Shown here: positions 1-9,029 of the stretch, piece by piece
Layout of the letters: each line of letters opens with the position of its first letter
Position numbering within the stretch: the stretch's first letter is position 1
Assembly (NCBI GenBank): GCA_028691285.1
Contig: JAQUZO010000001.1
Location: 1-54,989 of the forward strand
Reading direction: 5' to 3'
Source: Anaerovibrio sp.
GTDB lineage: Bacteria > Bacillota > Negativicutes > Selenomonadales > Selenomonadaceae
DNA length: 54,989 nt
Program-made: the position numbers and the translations under genes
Notes under the pieces: model-generated
What the model saw: only the letters and a program-made list of their open reading frames with translations
Told to the model about the DNA's origin: nothing
The model's database searches: none

Positions 1-2535
1 GACGATACTGCCAAGCAGGTAGTAATCAAAGCGCTGCAGCCAAAGCCGAAGCAGCCTGTACAGCAGTCAAGGCCAGTTTCTCAGCAGGACAGACAGCCGA
101 GACAGGCAGCTGGTGATGGACAGAGGCTACGGCAGCAGTCCGGCACATACAATCAGCCTAAGACTAACCGGACTGACGCAGCTCAGAGCAGGAACGGCAA
201 TCAGTCCAATGACAGAAGACCGTCAGGGCAGCGGAACTACAGCGGCAGCAATGCCGGTAACAGCGGCAATAATAATGCCAGACGTCCGCAGCAATATGGC
301 AATAACAACAGCAATACCAGCCGCCCGCAGCAGCATGGCAGCAGCGGCATCAATACCGGGCGTCCGCAGCAGCACGGCAGCAGCGGCAGCAACACCGGGC
401 GTCCGCAGCAGCACGGCAATAACAGCGGCAATGCCGGACGGCCGCAGAACAGACCTGCCGGCGGCAATCAGCCTAGGCAGCACAACAGCAATAACACCGG
501 CAGCAACAATAATAACAACAATCGTCCTGAGCAGAATGACCGTAATAACAGGAATGATGTAAATAATAATCACGGCAACAGGATGGAGCGTACTGACCAT
601 ATGGAAAAAAATGATCGTAACCGCCAGCCTGCCGGTCGCAATGACCGCAGCGGCAAGAATGGCAGGAGCAATTTCGGCAACAACGGCAGCTTCGGCAACA
701 GGAACAACCGCGGCAGATATAACCGCAATCGTAATAATCAGCCGTCTGCGCCTAAGATGGAAATTGCCCGTCCAAAGAATATCAAGGTTGGCGAGAGCAT
801 CATTGTCAAGGATTTAGCCAGCAAGATGAGCTGTACAGCTGCAGAAATCATCAAAAAGCTGATGCTGATGGGTGTTTTGGCGAGCATCAATCAGGAAATT
901 GACTTTGATACCGCCGTACTGGTAGCCGGTGAATTTGGCGTCAATGTTGAGGAACTGCCGCCGGAGGTAGATCCTACCCTGATTCCTGAGATCGTAGACG
1001 AGCCTAAGAGTCTGGTGCTGCGTCCGCCGGTTGTTACTGTAATGGGGCATGTTGACCACGGCAAGACCTCTCTTTTGGATGTAATCAGGAAAACCTCCGT
1101 TACTACTCATGAGGCAGGCGGTATTACTCAGCACATTGGTGCATATCAGGTAAAATGCCAGGGCAGGAAGATCGTTTTCCTGGATACACCAGGTCATGAA
1201 GCATTTACCGCTATGCGTGCCCGCGGTGCCCAGGTAACAGATATTGCTATTTTGGTTGTAGCTGCTGATGACGGTGTAATGCCTCAGACTGTAGAAGCTA
1301 TCAATCACGCCAAGGATGCAGGAGTGCCGATTATCGTAGCTGTCAACAAGATTGACAAGCCGGGCGCCAACCCTGCCAATGTAAAGAATGAGCTGATGGA
1401 GCATGGGCTTGTGCCTGAGGAATACGGCGGAGAAACCATCATGGTAGAGGTTTCCGCCAAAAAGAACATCGGCATAGGCGACCTGCTGGAAATGATTCTG
1501 CTGGTAGCAGAGATGAAGGAGCTGAAGGCCAATCCGAAGCGTGAGGCACGCGGCGTTATCATCGAGGCCCAGCTTGATAAGGGCCGCGGTCCTGTAGCCA
1601 CCGTGCTGGTACAATCCGGTACTCTGCGAATCGGTGATTCCATTGTTGCCGGCACCACCTACGGCAAGGTGCGCGCCATGCTCAATGACCGGGGAGAGAA
1701 TGTCAAAAAGGCAGGCCCTTCTGTACCGGTGGAGGTATTGGGTCTCAATGATGTACCGGCAGCCGGTGATGAGCTGGCGGCGCTTGATGAGAAGCATGCC
1801 CGCAGCATTGCAGAAAAACGCATGGAGAAGCAGCGCAATGATATGATTCATTCCAAGAAGGTTTCTCTGGATGATTTGTTCAATCAGATTCAGGAAGGCC
1901 AGCTCAAGGACTTGAATATTGTGGTCAAGGCGGATGTGCAGGGTTCTGTAGAAGCTCTGAACAGTTCCCTGATGGGGCTGAACAGGAATGATGAAGTGCG
2001 TGTACGCATTGTCCATTCCGGTGTTGGCGCGGTTACAGAGTCTGATGTCATGCTGGCTTCTGCCTCCAATGCACTGGTCATTGCCTTCAATGTGCGTCCT
2101 GATGCCAATGCACGCCGGTTGGCAGATACAGAGTCCATAGACATCCGTACCTACCGCGTCATCTATGATGCGCTGAACGATGTTGAGGAAGCCATGAGCG
2201 GTATGCTGGCTCCTAAGTATAAAGAGATTATTCAGGGCAGGGTGGAAATCCGTCAGGTCATGAAGTTCTCCAAGGCACTGGTTGCCGGTTCTTATGTGCT
2301 TGAGGGCAAGATTACCAACCAGTCCAAAATTCGTATTGTCCGTGATAATATCGAGGTATTCGACGGTGAGCTGGATGGTCTCCGCCGCTTCAAGGATGAT
2401 GTGAAGGATGTAGCAGCAGGCTACGAGTGCGGTATTACCATCAAGGATTATAAGGATTTCCGCGAGGGCGATATTATCGAGGCGTACATCATGGAGGAGG
2501 TCAAAACCACCATCAGTGATGTCAACAAGGATTAA
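1..2535 (+). CDS. infB: Translation initiation factor IF-2 (5' end lies outside the window)
   Basis: Frame 1 is open from base 1 ([15 protein letters not shown]...) into the 583..2535 ORF. GTPase motifs [13 protein letters not shown] and NKID; low-complexity N/Q/R/G N-terminal region; followed by rbfA. Confidence 0.98.
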   Translation, partial: DDTAKQVVIKALQPKPKQPVQQSRPVSQQDRQPRQAAGDGQRLRQQSGTYNQPKTNRTDAAQSRNGNQSNDRRPSGQRNYSGSNAGNSGNNNARRPQQYGNNNSNTSRPQQHGSSGINTGRPQQHGSSGSNTGRPQQHGNNSGNAGRPQNRPAGGNQPRQHNSNNTGSNNNNNNRPEQNDRNNRNDVNNNHGNRMERTDHMEKNDRNRQPAGRNDRSGKNGRSNFGNNGSFGNRNNRGRYNRNRNNQPSAPKMEIARPKNIKVGESIIVKDLASKMSCTAAEIIKKLMLMGVLASINQEIDFDTAVLVAGEFGVNVEELPPEVDPTLIPEIVDEPKSLVLRPPVVTVMGHVDHGKTSLLDVIRKTSVTTHEAGGITQHIGAYQVKCQGRKIVFLDTPGHEAFTAMRARGAQVTDIAILVVAADDGVMPQTVEAINHAKDAGVPIIVAVNKIDKPGANPANVKNELMEHGLVPEEYGGETIMVEVSAKKNIGIGDLLEMILLVAEMKELKANPKREARGVIIEAQLDKGRGPVATVLVQSGTLRIGDSIVAGTTYGKVRAMLNDRGENVKKAGPSVPVEVLGLNDVPAAGDELAALDEKHARSIAEKRMEKQRNDMIHSKKVSLDDLFNQIQEGQLKDLNIVVKADVQGSVEALNSSLMGLNRNDEVRVRIVHSGVGAVTESDVMLASASNALVIAFNVRPDANARRLADTESIDIRTYRVIYDALNDVEEAMSGMLAPKYKEIIQGRVEIRQVMKFSKALVAGSYVLEGKITNQSKIRIVRDNIEVFDGELDGLRRFKDDVKDVAAGYECGITIKDYKDFREGDIIEAYIMEEVKTTISDVNKD
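283..447 (+). repeat. 39-bp in-frame tandem repeat (4 units plus a partial one) in the IF-2 N-terminal linker
   Basis: Units start at 283, 322, 361, 400 and 439, encoding RPQQ(Y/H)G...N(T/A)(G/S). Confidence 0.9.
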
Positions 2536-2565
2536 GCTGTTTAAAAGGAACGGAGGGCGTTTTTT

Positions 2566-2925
2566 ATGAGCCAGCTTCGTATCGAGAAAATCCAGGAGCT
2601 TATGAAGCAGGAAATCAGCCAGATTATCCTGCAGGAGGTCAAGGATCCAAGGATTGGCTTTGTGACGGTTACTCAGGTCGAGGTAAGCAGAGATTTGAGC
2701 TATGCCAAGGTTTATGTCAGCATTATGGGTGATGATGAACAGATTACTAAATGCTGGAAGGGTCTGAACAGTTCTCTCGGTTTCATTCGCCGTGAGGTCG
2801 GGCACCGCATCCGCCTGAGGATTGTGCCGGAGCTCAGACTGATGCTGGATAAATCGCTGGATTACAGCGATAATATCCAGAAGCTCCTGCTGCAGATTGA
2901 GCAGAAAGAGGAGCATAAGGAATAA
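2566..2925 (+). CDS. rbfA: 30S ribosome-binding factor A
   Basis: KDPRIGFVTVTQVEVSRDLSYAKVY and LRIVPEL motifs; GGAGG RBS; follows infB. Confidence 0.97.
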   Translation: MSQLRIEKIQELMKQEISQIILQEVKDPRIGFVTVTQVEVSRDLSYAKVYVSIMGDDEQITKCWKGLNSSLGFIRREVGHRIRLRIVPELRLMLDKSLDYSDNIQKLLLQIEQKEEHKE

Positions 2926-2931
2926 TTGATT

Positions 2932-3022
2932 GAGCAGACGATGTATACCTGCAGGAGCCGCTGTGAATGCTGTCTTTGTGACTGAGGCAGAGGCTTGCAG
3001 GTGTAGTCGGCTGCTCTTTTTT
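2932..3022 (+). terminator. Long imperfect hairpin plus U-tract after rbfA
   Basis: GAGCAG..TACCTGCAG pairs with TTGCAGGTG..CTGCTC, followed by TTTTTT. Confidence 0.7.
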
Positions 3023-3226
3023 CATAGTGTGCTGAGATAAATGCCATGTAAGATTGATAGATGCAGATAGAAAAATCAGTTTCCCCTGCAGCGCCATGTC
3101 AGGATATCGGCTTGGAGCCGTTAAGTACCGGCGCTGCTGTCAGAGGTTTATTGGGGCTGGTGCGATAAAGAAGAGAGTGTATTTATCCTACAGGGTATTA
3201 CTGATGATTTTAGGTGGTGTATTGAA

Positions 3227-4162
3227 ATGAAAATATCTTTAAAAGAAACTGCAGCCAAGCTCTTGTCTGCGGACAGCTTAGTGATTACATCCCATGTGAA
3301 CCCGGATGGGGACGCCCTTGGCTCATCGCTGGCACTGTACCAGATGATGATTCGTCTAGGAAAAAGGGCAGAGCTTTTGATAGATGACGATATTCCGGAA
3401 GCCTTCAGCTTTTTGCCTGATATAGCTGCCATAAAAAAACCGGAGGCTGAAAGCTATGATGCAGATTTGCTGGTTATGCTGGATGTCAGCAGAGACAGGA
3501 TTGGCAGGGTAGCTGAGAAATGCCGGGCACCGATTCTGAATATCGACCATCATATCACCAATGACGGAGAGGCAGATTTTCTTTATTTGGATGCAGGCAG
3601 GGCTGCTACAGCTGAGATTGTGTATCAGCTTGCCAGGGAACTGGCTGTGGAGCCTGATGAAGCTGTGGCAATGTGCATCTATACAGGGATTTCTACGGAT
3701 ACGGGAAATTTTAAATTTTCCAATACCACGCCTTTTACCATGCGGGCAGCGGCGGATATGCTGGAGGCAGGTGCCAAGGCTCATATAGTTTCCGAGGCTT
3801 TGGAGCAGCGGAGCTACCAGGAGGTCATGGATAAGGCGAAGGCAATGCAGACTATTGAGCTGGCTTTTGATGGACGGGTGGCAGGCATCTATATAGACAA
3901 TGCGCTTTATGAAACTATTGGGTCTACCGAGGGCTTTATTGATACGGTACGCATCATCGCCGGTGTGGATGCCGCAGTGCTGGTCAAGGAGGTCGAGGCG
4001 GGCAGATGCCGCATCAGCATGCGCTCCAAGGGAATGGATGTCAGCAGAATCGCTGCGGCCTTTCAGGGAGGCGGACATATCCGTGCTGCAGGCTGCAGCA
4101 TTGAAAAGCCTCTGGCAGAAGCCAAGGAAATGCTTTTGCAGGAGATTGGCAAGGCGTTGTAA
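3227..4162 (+). CDS. nrnA: DHH/DHHA1 phosphoesterase (NrnA-like oligoribonuclease/pAp phosphatase)
   Basis: HVNPDGDA, IDHH, DTGNF and GGGH motifs; usual position after rbfA. Confidence 0.9.
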   Translation: MKISLKETAAKLLSADSLVITSHVNPDGDALGSSLALYQMMIRLGKRAELLIDDDIPEAFSFLPDIAAIKKPEAESYDADLLVMLDVSRDRIGRVAEKCRAPILNIDHHITNDGEADFLYLDAGRAATAEIVYQLARELAVEPDEAVAMCIYTGISTDTGNFKFSNTTPFTMRAAADMLEAGAKAHIVSEALEQRSYQEVMDKAKAMQTIELAFDGRVAGIYIDNALYETIGSTEGFIDTVRIIAGVDAAVLVKEVEAGRCRISMRSKGMDVSRIAAAFQGGGHIRAAGCSIEKPLAEAKEMLLQEIGKAL

Positions 4163-4376
4163 GCGGCTGGCTATATTGAAGAACAGGCAATTTGAAACCG
4201 GGCGGTATGGCCGCGGTCTCTTTTTTTGTCCAATTTATCCGGTGGGAATATCTGCGGTGGATAGAGCATTTTTTTGTCTGCAAAATGGGGCTTTTTAAAG
4301 ATATGAAAAGACGAACTTTTTTGGTATGATTGATTTATTGAAGCAGATGTGTAATCGGATGATAGGAGGCAGGCAG

Positions 4377-5540
4377 ATGAACATAGTAATCGCAATAGAT
4401 TCACTGAAGGGAAGTCTTTCATCCCTGGAGGCAGGGGCGGCCATCTCCAGAGGAATCAAAAAAATATATCCTCATGCGGACATTCAAATCCGTCCTCTGG
4501 CAGACGGCGGAGAGGGGACTGTCGAGGCATTGGCCCTGGGCATGGAGGGCAAAATTGAATCAGTACAGGTTACTGGCCCCTTAGGACAAAAGGTTATTGC
4601 TGATTATGGTATTTTAGAAAAATCCCAGGCGAATGGAAAAAAGACGGCAATTATTGAAATGTCGGCAGCGGCGGGAATTACTTTGGTGAAGGAGTCAGAA
4701 AAGAATCCGCTGCAAACAACGACCTATGGTGTTGGTGAAATAATTAAAGCGGCAATAGCCAAGGGCTGCCGACATTTTATCGTGGGAATCGGCGGCAGCG
4801 CGACCAATGACGGCGGCATTGGGATGCTGCAGGCGTTGGGGTTCGGCATTTTGAACAAGGATGGCAGGCAGGTTGCTTTTGGCGCACAGGGCCTGCAGGA
4901 AATTGAGCGCATTACCGATGAAAATGCACTGCCGGAATTAAAGGAATGTACCTTTCGCATAGCATGTGATGTCACCAATACCCTGTGTGGAAAAGAGGGG
5001 GCAAGTGCAGTATACGGCCCGCAAAAGGGCGCTGACCCGGATATGGTCCTGCAGATGGACAGATGGCTTGCCGATTATGCGGGCCTGTCCAGGAAAAAAT
5101 ATCCTCGGGCAGATATGGAGCAGCCTGGAACAGGTGCTGCGGGTGGACTTGGTTTTGCATTCCTGACATATATGGATTCAAAGCTGGAGTCAGGCATCAG
5201 GATCGTCCTGGAGGAAACCAGGCTTGAGGAATATGTACAGCAGGCAGATATTGTCATTACCGGTGAGGGCAGGCTGGATGAACAGACAGCAATGGGCAAG
5301 GCTCCTGTCGGAGTCGCTGAGATTGCAAAAAAATATCAGAAAAAAGTGATTGCCTTTGCAGGGTGTGTGACCGAAGCTGCAGGTGTCTGCAATGAAAAGG
5401 GAATAGACGCCTTTTTCCCCATTTTGAGAAAAGCTGTTTCCCTGGAAGAGGCAATGGAGCCAAAAAATGCAGAAGAAAATATGTCAGCGGCAGCAGAGCA
5501 GGTATTTCGTTTGATTCGCTGCTGTGAAGCAGGCAAATAG
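4377..5540 (+). CDS. Glycerate kinase (GlxK/GarK family)
   Basis: DSLKGSLS, PLADGGEGT, GGSATNDGG and TGEGRLD motifs; AGGAGG RBS before ATG 4377. Confidence 0.95.
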   Translation: MNIVIAIDSLKGSLSSLEAGAAISRGIKKIYPHADIQIRPLADGGEGTVEALALGMEGKIESVQVTGPLGQKVIADYGILEKSQANGKKTAIIEMSAAAGITLVKESEKNPLQTTTYGVGEIIKAAIAKGCRHFIVGIGGSATNDGGIGMLQALGFGILNKDGRQVAFGAQGLQEIERITDENALPELKECTFRIACDVTNTLCGKEGASAVYGPQKGADPDMVLQMDRWLADYAGLSRKKYPRADMEQPGTGAAGGLGFAFLTYMDSKLESGIRIVLEETRLEEYVQQADIVITGEGRLDEQTAMGKAPVGVAEIAKKYQKKVIAFAGCVTEAAGVCNEKGIDAFFPILRKAVSLEEAMEPKNAEENMSAAAEQVFRLIRCCEAGK

Positions 5541-5639
5541 GCAGCCGGTTTGTATTGCTGTCAGGAAACCCGGCCGGGTGGAGTCTGATATGACCCTAAA
5601 AAGTTAGACCTTATCAGCGAGATAGTTTTGGCTGTCTCG

Positions 5640-6554
5640 CTATTTTTTTTGGACTGGCAGCGTGGCCGCATTGCTGTTGAACAGATTGATGGTAAACTGC
5701 TGAAAAAGAACTGCAGCAGGCGAAAGCAGGTTTTTGGCATTCCAGGCAATACCTACAGAACGCTGGCAGATGGGAAAGGCGATGGGCACGAAGCAGACAC
5801 CCCTCTGTTCCATGCAGGGGATGTGGGGAATCAGGCTGACGCCCAGGCCGGCCGCTACTAGTGAGGTCAGGGTCTGGACCTCATCTCCTTCAAATATGAC
5901 TTGAGGGGTGCTCTCTGCCAAATCGAGGAATTGGTTTATCTGCTGCCTCAGGCCATATTCCGGTTTTAGGGTGATGAAAGGTGCGTCGTCGATTTCCTGC
6001 AAATATACTATTTCTTTCCTGGCCAACGGGTGGTCATGGGGAACTGCCAGGAAAATTTCTTCCGAACACAGATACATCCAGGCGATATTTTCGCCATTCA
6101 GCATGGAGCACAGGCAAATATCAGCTTCGCCTTCTGAGAGCTGTTCGGCCAGTACATCAGAATTCTGCTGATTGAGCTTGATTTGTATTTGAGGATAGCG
6201 GTCATGGAAGCTGCTGAGGATTTCCGGCAGAATAGTTTCACCCAGGGAATGGAGAAAAGACACTCTGACAATAGATTCACCATCAGTTACGGCGGATATT
6301 TCCCGCAGGGCGATATCCAGCTCGCGGATACTGCGGTTTACATGGAACAGCAGCTTTTCTCCTGCTTCCGTGAGGACGGTCTGTTTTCCCTGCCTGCTCA
6401 GGAGAGGAGTGCCGATTTCCTGCTCCAGCTTGGCGATAGAGCGGCTCAGTGCCGATTGGGATACGGAAATATCCTGTGCCGTTTGAGTGAAGCTTTTTCT
6501 CTGAGCCAAAGCCTGAAAATATTTTAACTGCGTCAATTCCATAAAAGTATCCAT
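5640..6554 (-). CDS. LysR-family transcriptional regulator
   Basis: N-terminal HTH (SFTQTAQDISVSQSALSRSIAKLEQEIG) and C-terminal substrate-binding domain; divergent from the MFS gene. The start may instead be the second ATG (MELTQ). Confidence 0.93.
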   Translation of the reverse strand: MDTFMELTQLKYFQALAQRKSFTQTAQDISVSQSALSRSIAKLEQEIGTPLLSRQGKQTVLTEAGEKLLFHVNRSIRELDIALREISAVTDGESIVRVSFLHSLGETILPEILSSFHDRYPQIQIKLNQQNSDVLAEQLSEGEADICLCSMLNGENIAWMYLCSEEIFLAVPHDHPLARKEIVYLQEIDDAPFITLKPEYGLRQQINQFLDLAESTPQVIFEGDEVQTLTSLVAAGLGVSLIPHIPCMEQRGVCFVPIAFPICQRSVGIAWNAKNLLSPAAVLFQQFTINLFNSNAATLPVQKK

Positions 6555-6825
6555 CCATTTCTTGCATAATAATTTTTTCTGTTACCTATTCTATAGGCTA
6601 TATATGGCACTTACAAGGAAAAAATTGGATTTTGTAATGAAACTTTTGCATGGAAAAGTGTATTTTTTTGCATATAGACAGCAATCTGTCCAATTTATCT
6701 GTTAATATGCAAATATGTTCTAGCTTTGTTGACTTTTGTTCATTTGACGCATGGAGCCTCGCTTTTTATAATGACTATCGATGCAGGAAGTGAATGCATT
6801 TATGAAAGGATAAGGTGAGGTTATC

Positions 6826-8286
6826 ATGAATCAGGACTATGAAGAATCGTGGAAGGAGCTGTCCTATGAATTACATCTTCCGCCGGAGGAACTGCGCGAT
6901 ATTCTTTTGGCAAATAACTGTCTCAGGCCGGAGCATGAGCACAAGAAAACAATCCATAGAGAAGAAAAGGAGCTGACAGATATGCCAGACACCGTTGTGT
7001 CGGATAAGCTGTGGACAAAGGATTATATTTTTGATGTAGGGGTCAATTTTCTGTTGTATACGGTGCATTTTCTTTTGATGCTCTGGTCTACGGCATACGC
7101 TATTCATGTCTGGGATGTGTCTATCAGTACTGCCGGACTAGCTTCGGGCATTTTTATCGTCGGAGCCCTGTTTGCCCGTATCCCTGCCGGACGCTTTATT
7201 GATTTTATCGGCAGGCGGCATCTTTTCTTGGCAGGAACGGCAATGTTCTTTCTGCTGATATTCTTCTATCATCTGGTGCCGTCTTTGGAGCTTTTTTTGC
7301 TGGTGAGGTTTATGCACGGTGCTGCTTTCGGCATCACCTCTACTGCCGCCAGCACCATTGCGGCAGCACTGGTGCCTCTGAAGCGCATGGGAACAGGCAT
7401 TGGTTATTTTACGCTGGGCGTCACCATCGCTTCTGCGGTGGGGCCTTTTTTGGCCATGAACCTGATTGCTGCGGAAGAGTTTTCCCTCTGCATCAATATA
7501 TGTCTCGGCATTGCCCTGGGAATTTTTCTTTTGTCCTTCGGGATTCATGCGAAGGAAAGGGTTATCCTGCCGGAGGAAAAGGCTGATATCAGGGCTGTGT
7601 CCTGGGACAGATTCTTTTCTGTGAAGGCACTGGCCATTTCCTGTATTGCTTTGGTCGGAGGCGTCTGCTATTCGACTGTGCTGAGTTTTTTGGGGGCATA
7701 TACAAATGCCATCGGTATTACCGGTATCGGCGCAACCTGCTTTTTCCTGTTTTTCGCCGCGGCTGCCTTTGTCAGCCGTCCGCTGACCGGCTGGCTGCTG
7801 GATAATTACGGCGGCAATATCGCTGTTTATCCGGCGCTTATTTCTATGGCAGCGGCTATGGCTGTTATGGCCGGTGCCGGCAGCGATGCTGAGCTCTTAG
7901 CCGGGGCACTGCTTTTGGGCTATGGCTATGGTACGATTACCGCCTCCTGCCATGCGCTGGCTGTGCACTGTGCTCCGATGCACCAGGCAGGCATTGCGAC
8001 CAGCACCTATTTTGTCCTGCTGGATTTTGGCATCGGCATTGGCCCATATACCCTGGGCAGCTTTGTACCGTCCCTTGGCTTTTCTTTTGTTTATCTGGCT
8101 GCCGGTGTCCTTGCTGCTGCCGGAATGGTGATGTATTATTGCCTGCTGGCCCGCCGCAGGCGTTTTTCCCGTCATCAGATGGACAGGGACAGTCAGGCCA
8201 AAACCATCGTTGAAGAACGCCGCAGGCAATTTTATGCCAGACGCTTTGCAAAGTCCGCGAATGGCCTTCACAGGCAGGCGGTGTAG
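6826..8286 (+). CDS. MFS transporter
   Basis: About 12 hydrophobic segments; motif A GRFIDFIGRR; an alternative start with AAGGAG at 6982. Confidence 0.9.
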   Translation: MNQDYEESWKELSYELHLPPEELRDILLANNCLRPEHEHKKTIHREEKELTDMPDTVVSDKLWTKDYIFDVGVNFLLYTVHFLLMLWSTAYAIHVWDVSISTAGLASGIFIVGALFARIPAGRFIDFIGRRHLFLAGTAMFFLLIFFYHLVPSLELFLLVRFMHGAAFGITSTAASTIAAALVPLKRMGTGIGYFTLGVTIASAVGPFLAMNLIAAEEFSLCINICLGIALGIFLLSFGIHAKERVILPEEKADIRAVSWDRFFSVKALAISCIALVGGVCYSTVLSFLGAYTNAIGITGIGATCFFLFFAAAAFVSRPLTGWLLDNYGGNIAVYPALISMAAAMAVMAGAGSDAELLAGALLLGYGYGTITASCHALAVHCAPMHQAGIATSTYFVLLDFGIGIGPYTLGSFVPSLGFSFVYLAAGVLAAAGMVMYYCLLARRRRFSRHQMDRDSQAKTIVEERRRQFYARRFAKSANGLHRQAV

Positions 8287-8327
8287 CAGACAGAAGAGGG
8301 CATTACTCAGAAAAATTTATGTTTTGC

Positions 8328-8356
8328 TTGTGTTTTTACCTATTTATCATTATAAT
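8328..8356 (+). promoter_or_regulatory. Sigma-A-type promoter of the superoxide reductase gene
   Basis: TTGTGT-17 bp-TATAAT in an AT-rich intergenic region. Confidence 0.5.
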
Positions 8357-8427
8357 TTTAATTAAACATTTTAATATGTTATAAAAAACAGTACCCGCAA
8401 GAGGCTGCGTTGAAAGGGGTTTTTTGT

Positions 8428-8802
8428 ATGGATTTAAAATTTTATGTATGTGAGCATTGCGGCAATATTATCGTAAAGGTCAAGGATTCAGGCGTGCCTG
8501 TAGTGTGCTGCGGCGAGGCTATGAAGGAGCTGGTTCCGGGCACTACTGATGCTGCGCTGGAGAAGCATGTACCGGTATATGCTGTTGATGGAACCCAGGT
8601 CAGGGTTACGGTAGGTTCGGTGGCGCATCCTATGCTGCCGGAGCATTTTATCCAGTGGATTGCGGTAAAGACATTGCAGGGCTGCCAGATGAAGCACCTG
8701 GAGCCAGGGCAGAAGCCTGAGGCTGTCTTTGCACTGACTGAAGGGGACAAGGTGGAAGCAGTATTTGAGTATTGCAATTTACATGGCTTGTGGAAGGCGT
8801 AA
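8428..8802 (+). CDS. Desulfoferrodoxin / superoxide reductase
   Basis: CEHC...CCG rubredoxin-like site; EKHVP, HPM, HFIQWI and CNLHGLW ligands. Confidence 0.96.
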   Translation: MDLKFYVCEHCGNIIVKVKDSGVPVVCCGEAMKELVPGTTDAALEKHVPVYAVDGTQVRVTVGSVAHPMLPEHFIQWIAVKTLQGCQMKHLEPGQKPEAVFALTEGDKVEAVFEYCNLHGLWKA

Positions 8803-8906
8803 GTTGTTTTTTAGAAATTTCTGATGTCTGTTTCTGTATATCGCTTTAGTGTGTGTTATTGCCTCTGGTACTGCTTTTTTAGATATCAAACAGGCAGGTA
8901 TGACTG

Positions 8907-8957
8907 ACTGATTACTGCAGGTCAGCTTGAAAGCTGATTTACAGTAATCAGTTTTTT
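8907..8957 (+). terminator. Rho-independent terminator between the SOR gene and polC
   Basis: ACTGATTACTG/CAGTAATCAGT perfect 11-bp stem extended by AGGTCAGCT/AGCTGATTT, TGAA loop, then a T run. Confidence 0.85.
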
Positions 8958-9029
8958 GTTTTGTCCATTTGTGGCGGCAGGGAATTTGCGGTATAATATT
9001 TTTAGTTTTGAAATGGAATGGGTGACATC

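Noticed and set aside
113-600. Ala/Thr-rich and hydrophobic repeat ORFs (113..562 +, 223..600 -, 237..467 -)
   Set aside because: They are alternative-frame readings of the infB repeat region; frame 1 is open and continuous with IF-2, so no frameshift is needed.
814-2916. 700-aa antisense ORF, and similar long antisense ORFs (15034..16404, 41091..42239, 49392..50243, 35773..36531)
   Set aside because: They are shadows of well-supported genes on the other strand, with no motifs or RBS; codon bias explains the lack of stops.
3095-3135. Superficial resemblance to a purine or cyclic-dinucleotide riboswitch
   Set aside because: The core motifs (TTTCTACC/CCGTAAA, ydaO or GEMM consensus) are missing or out of order.
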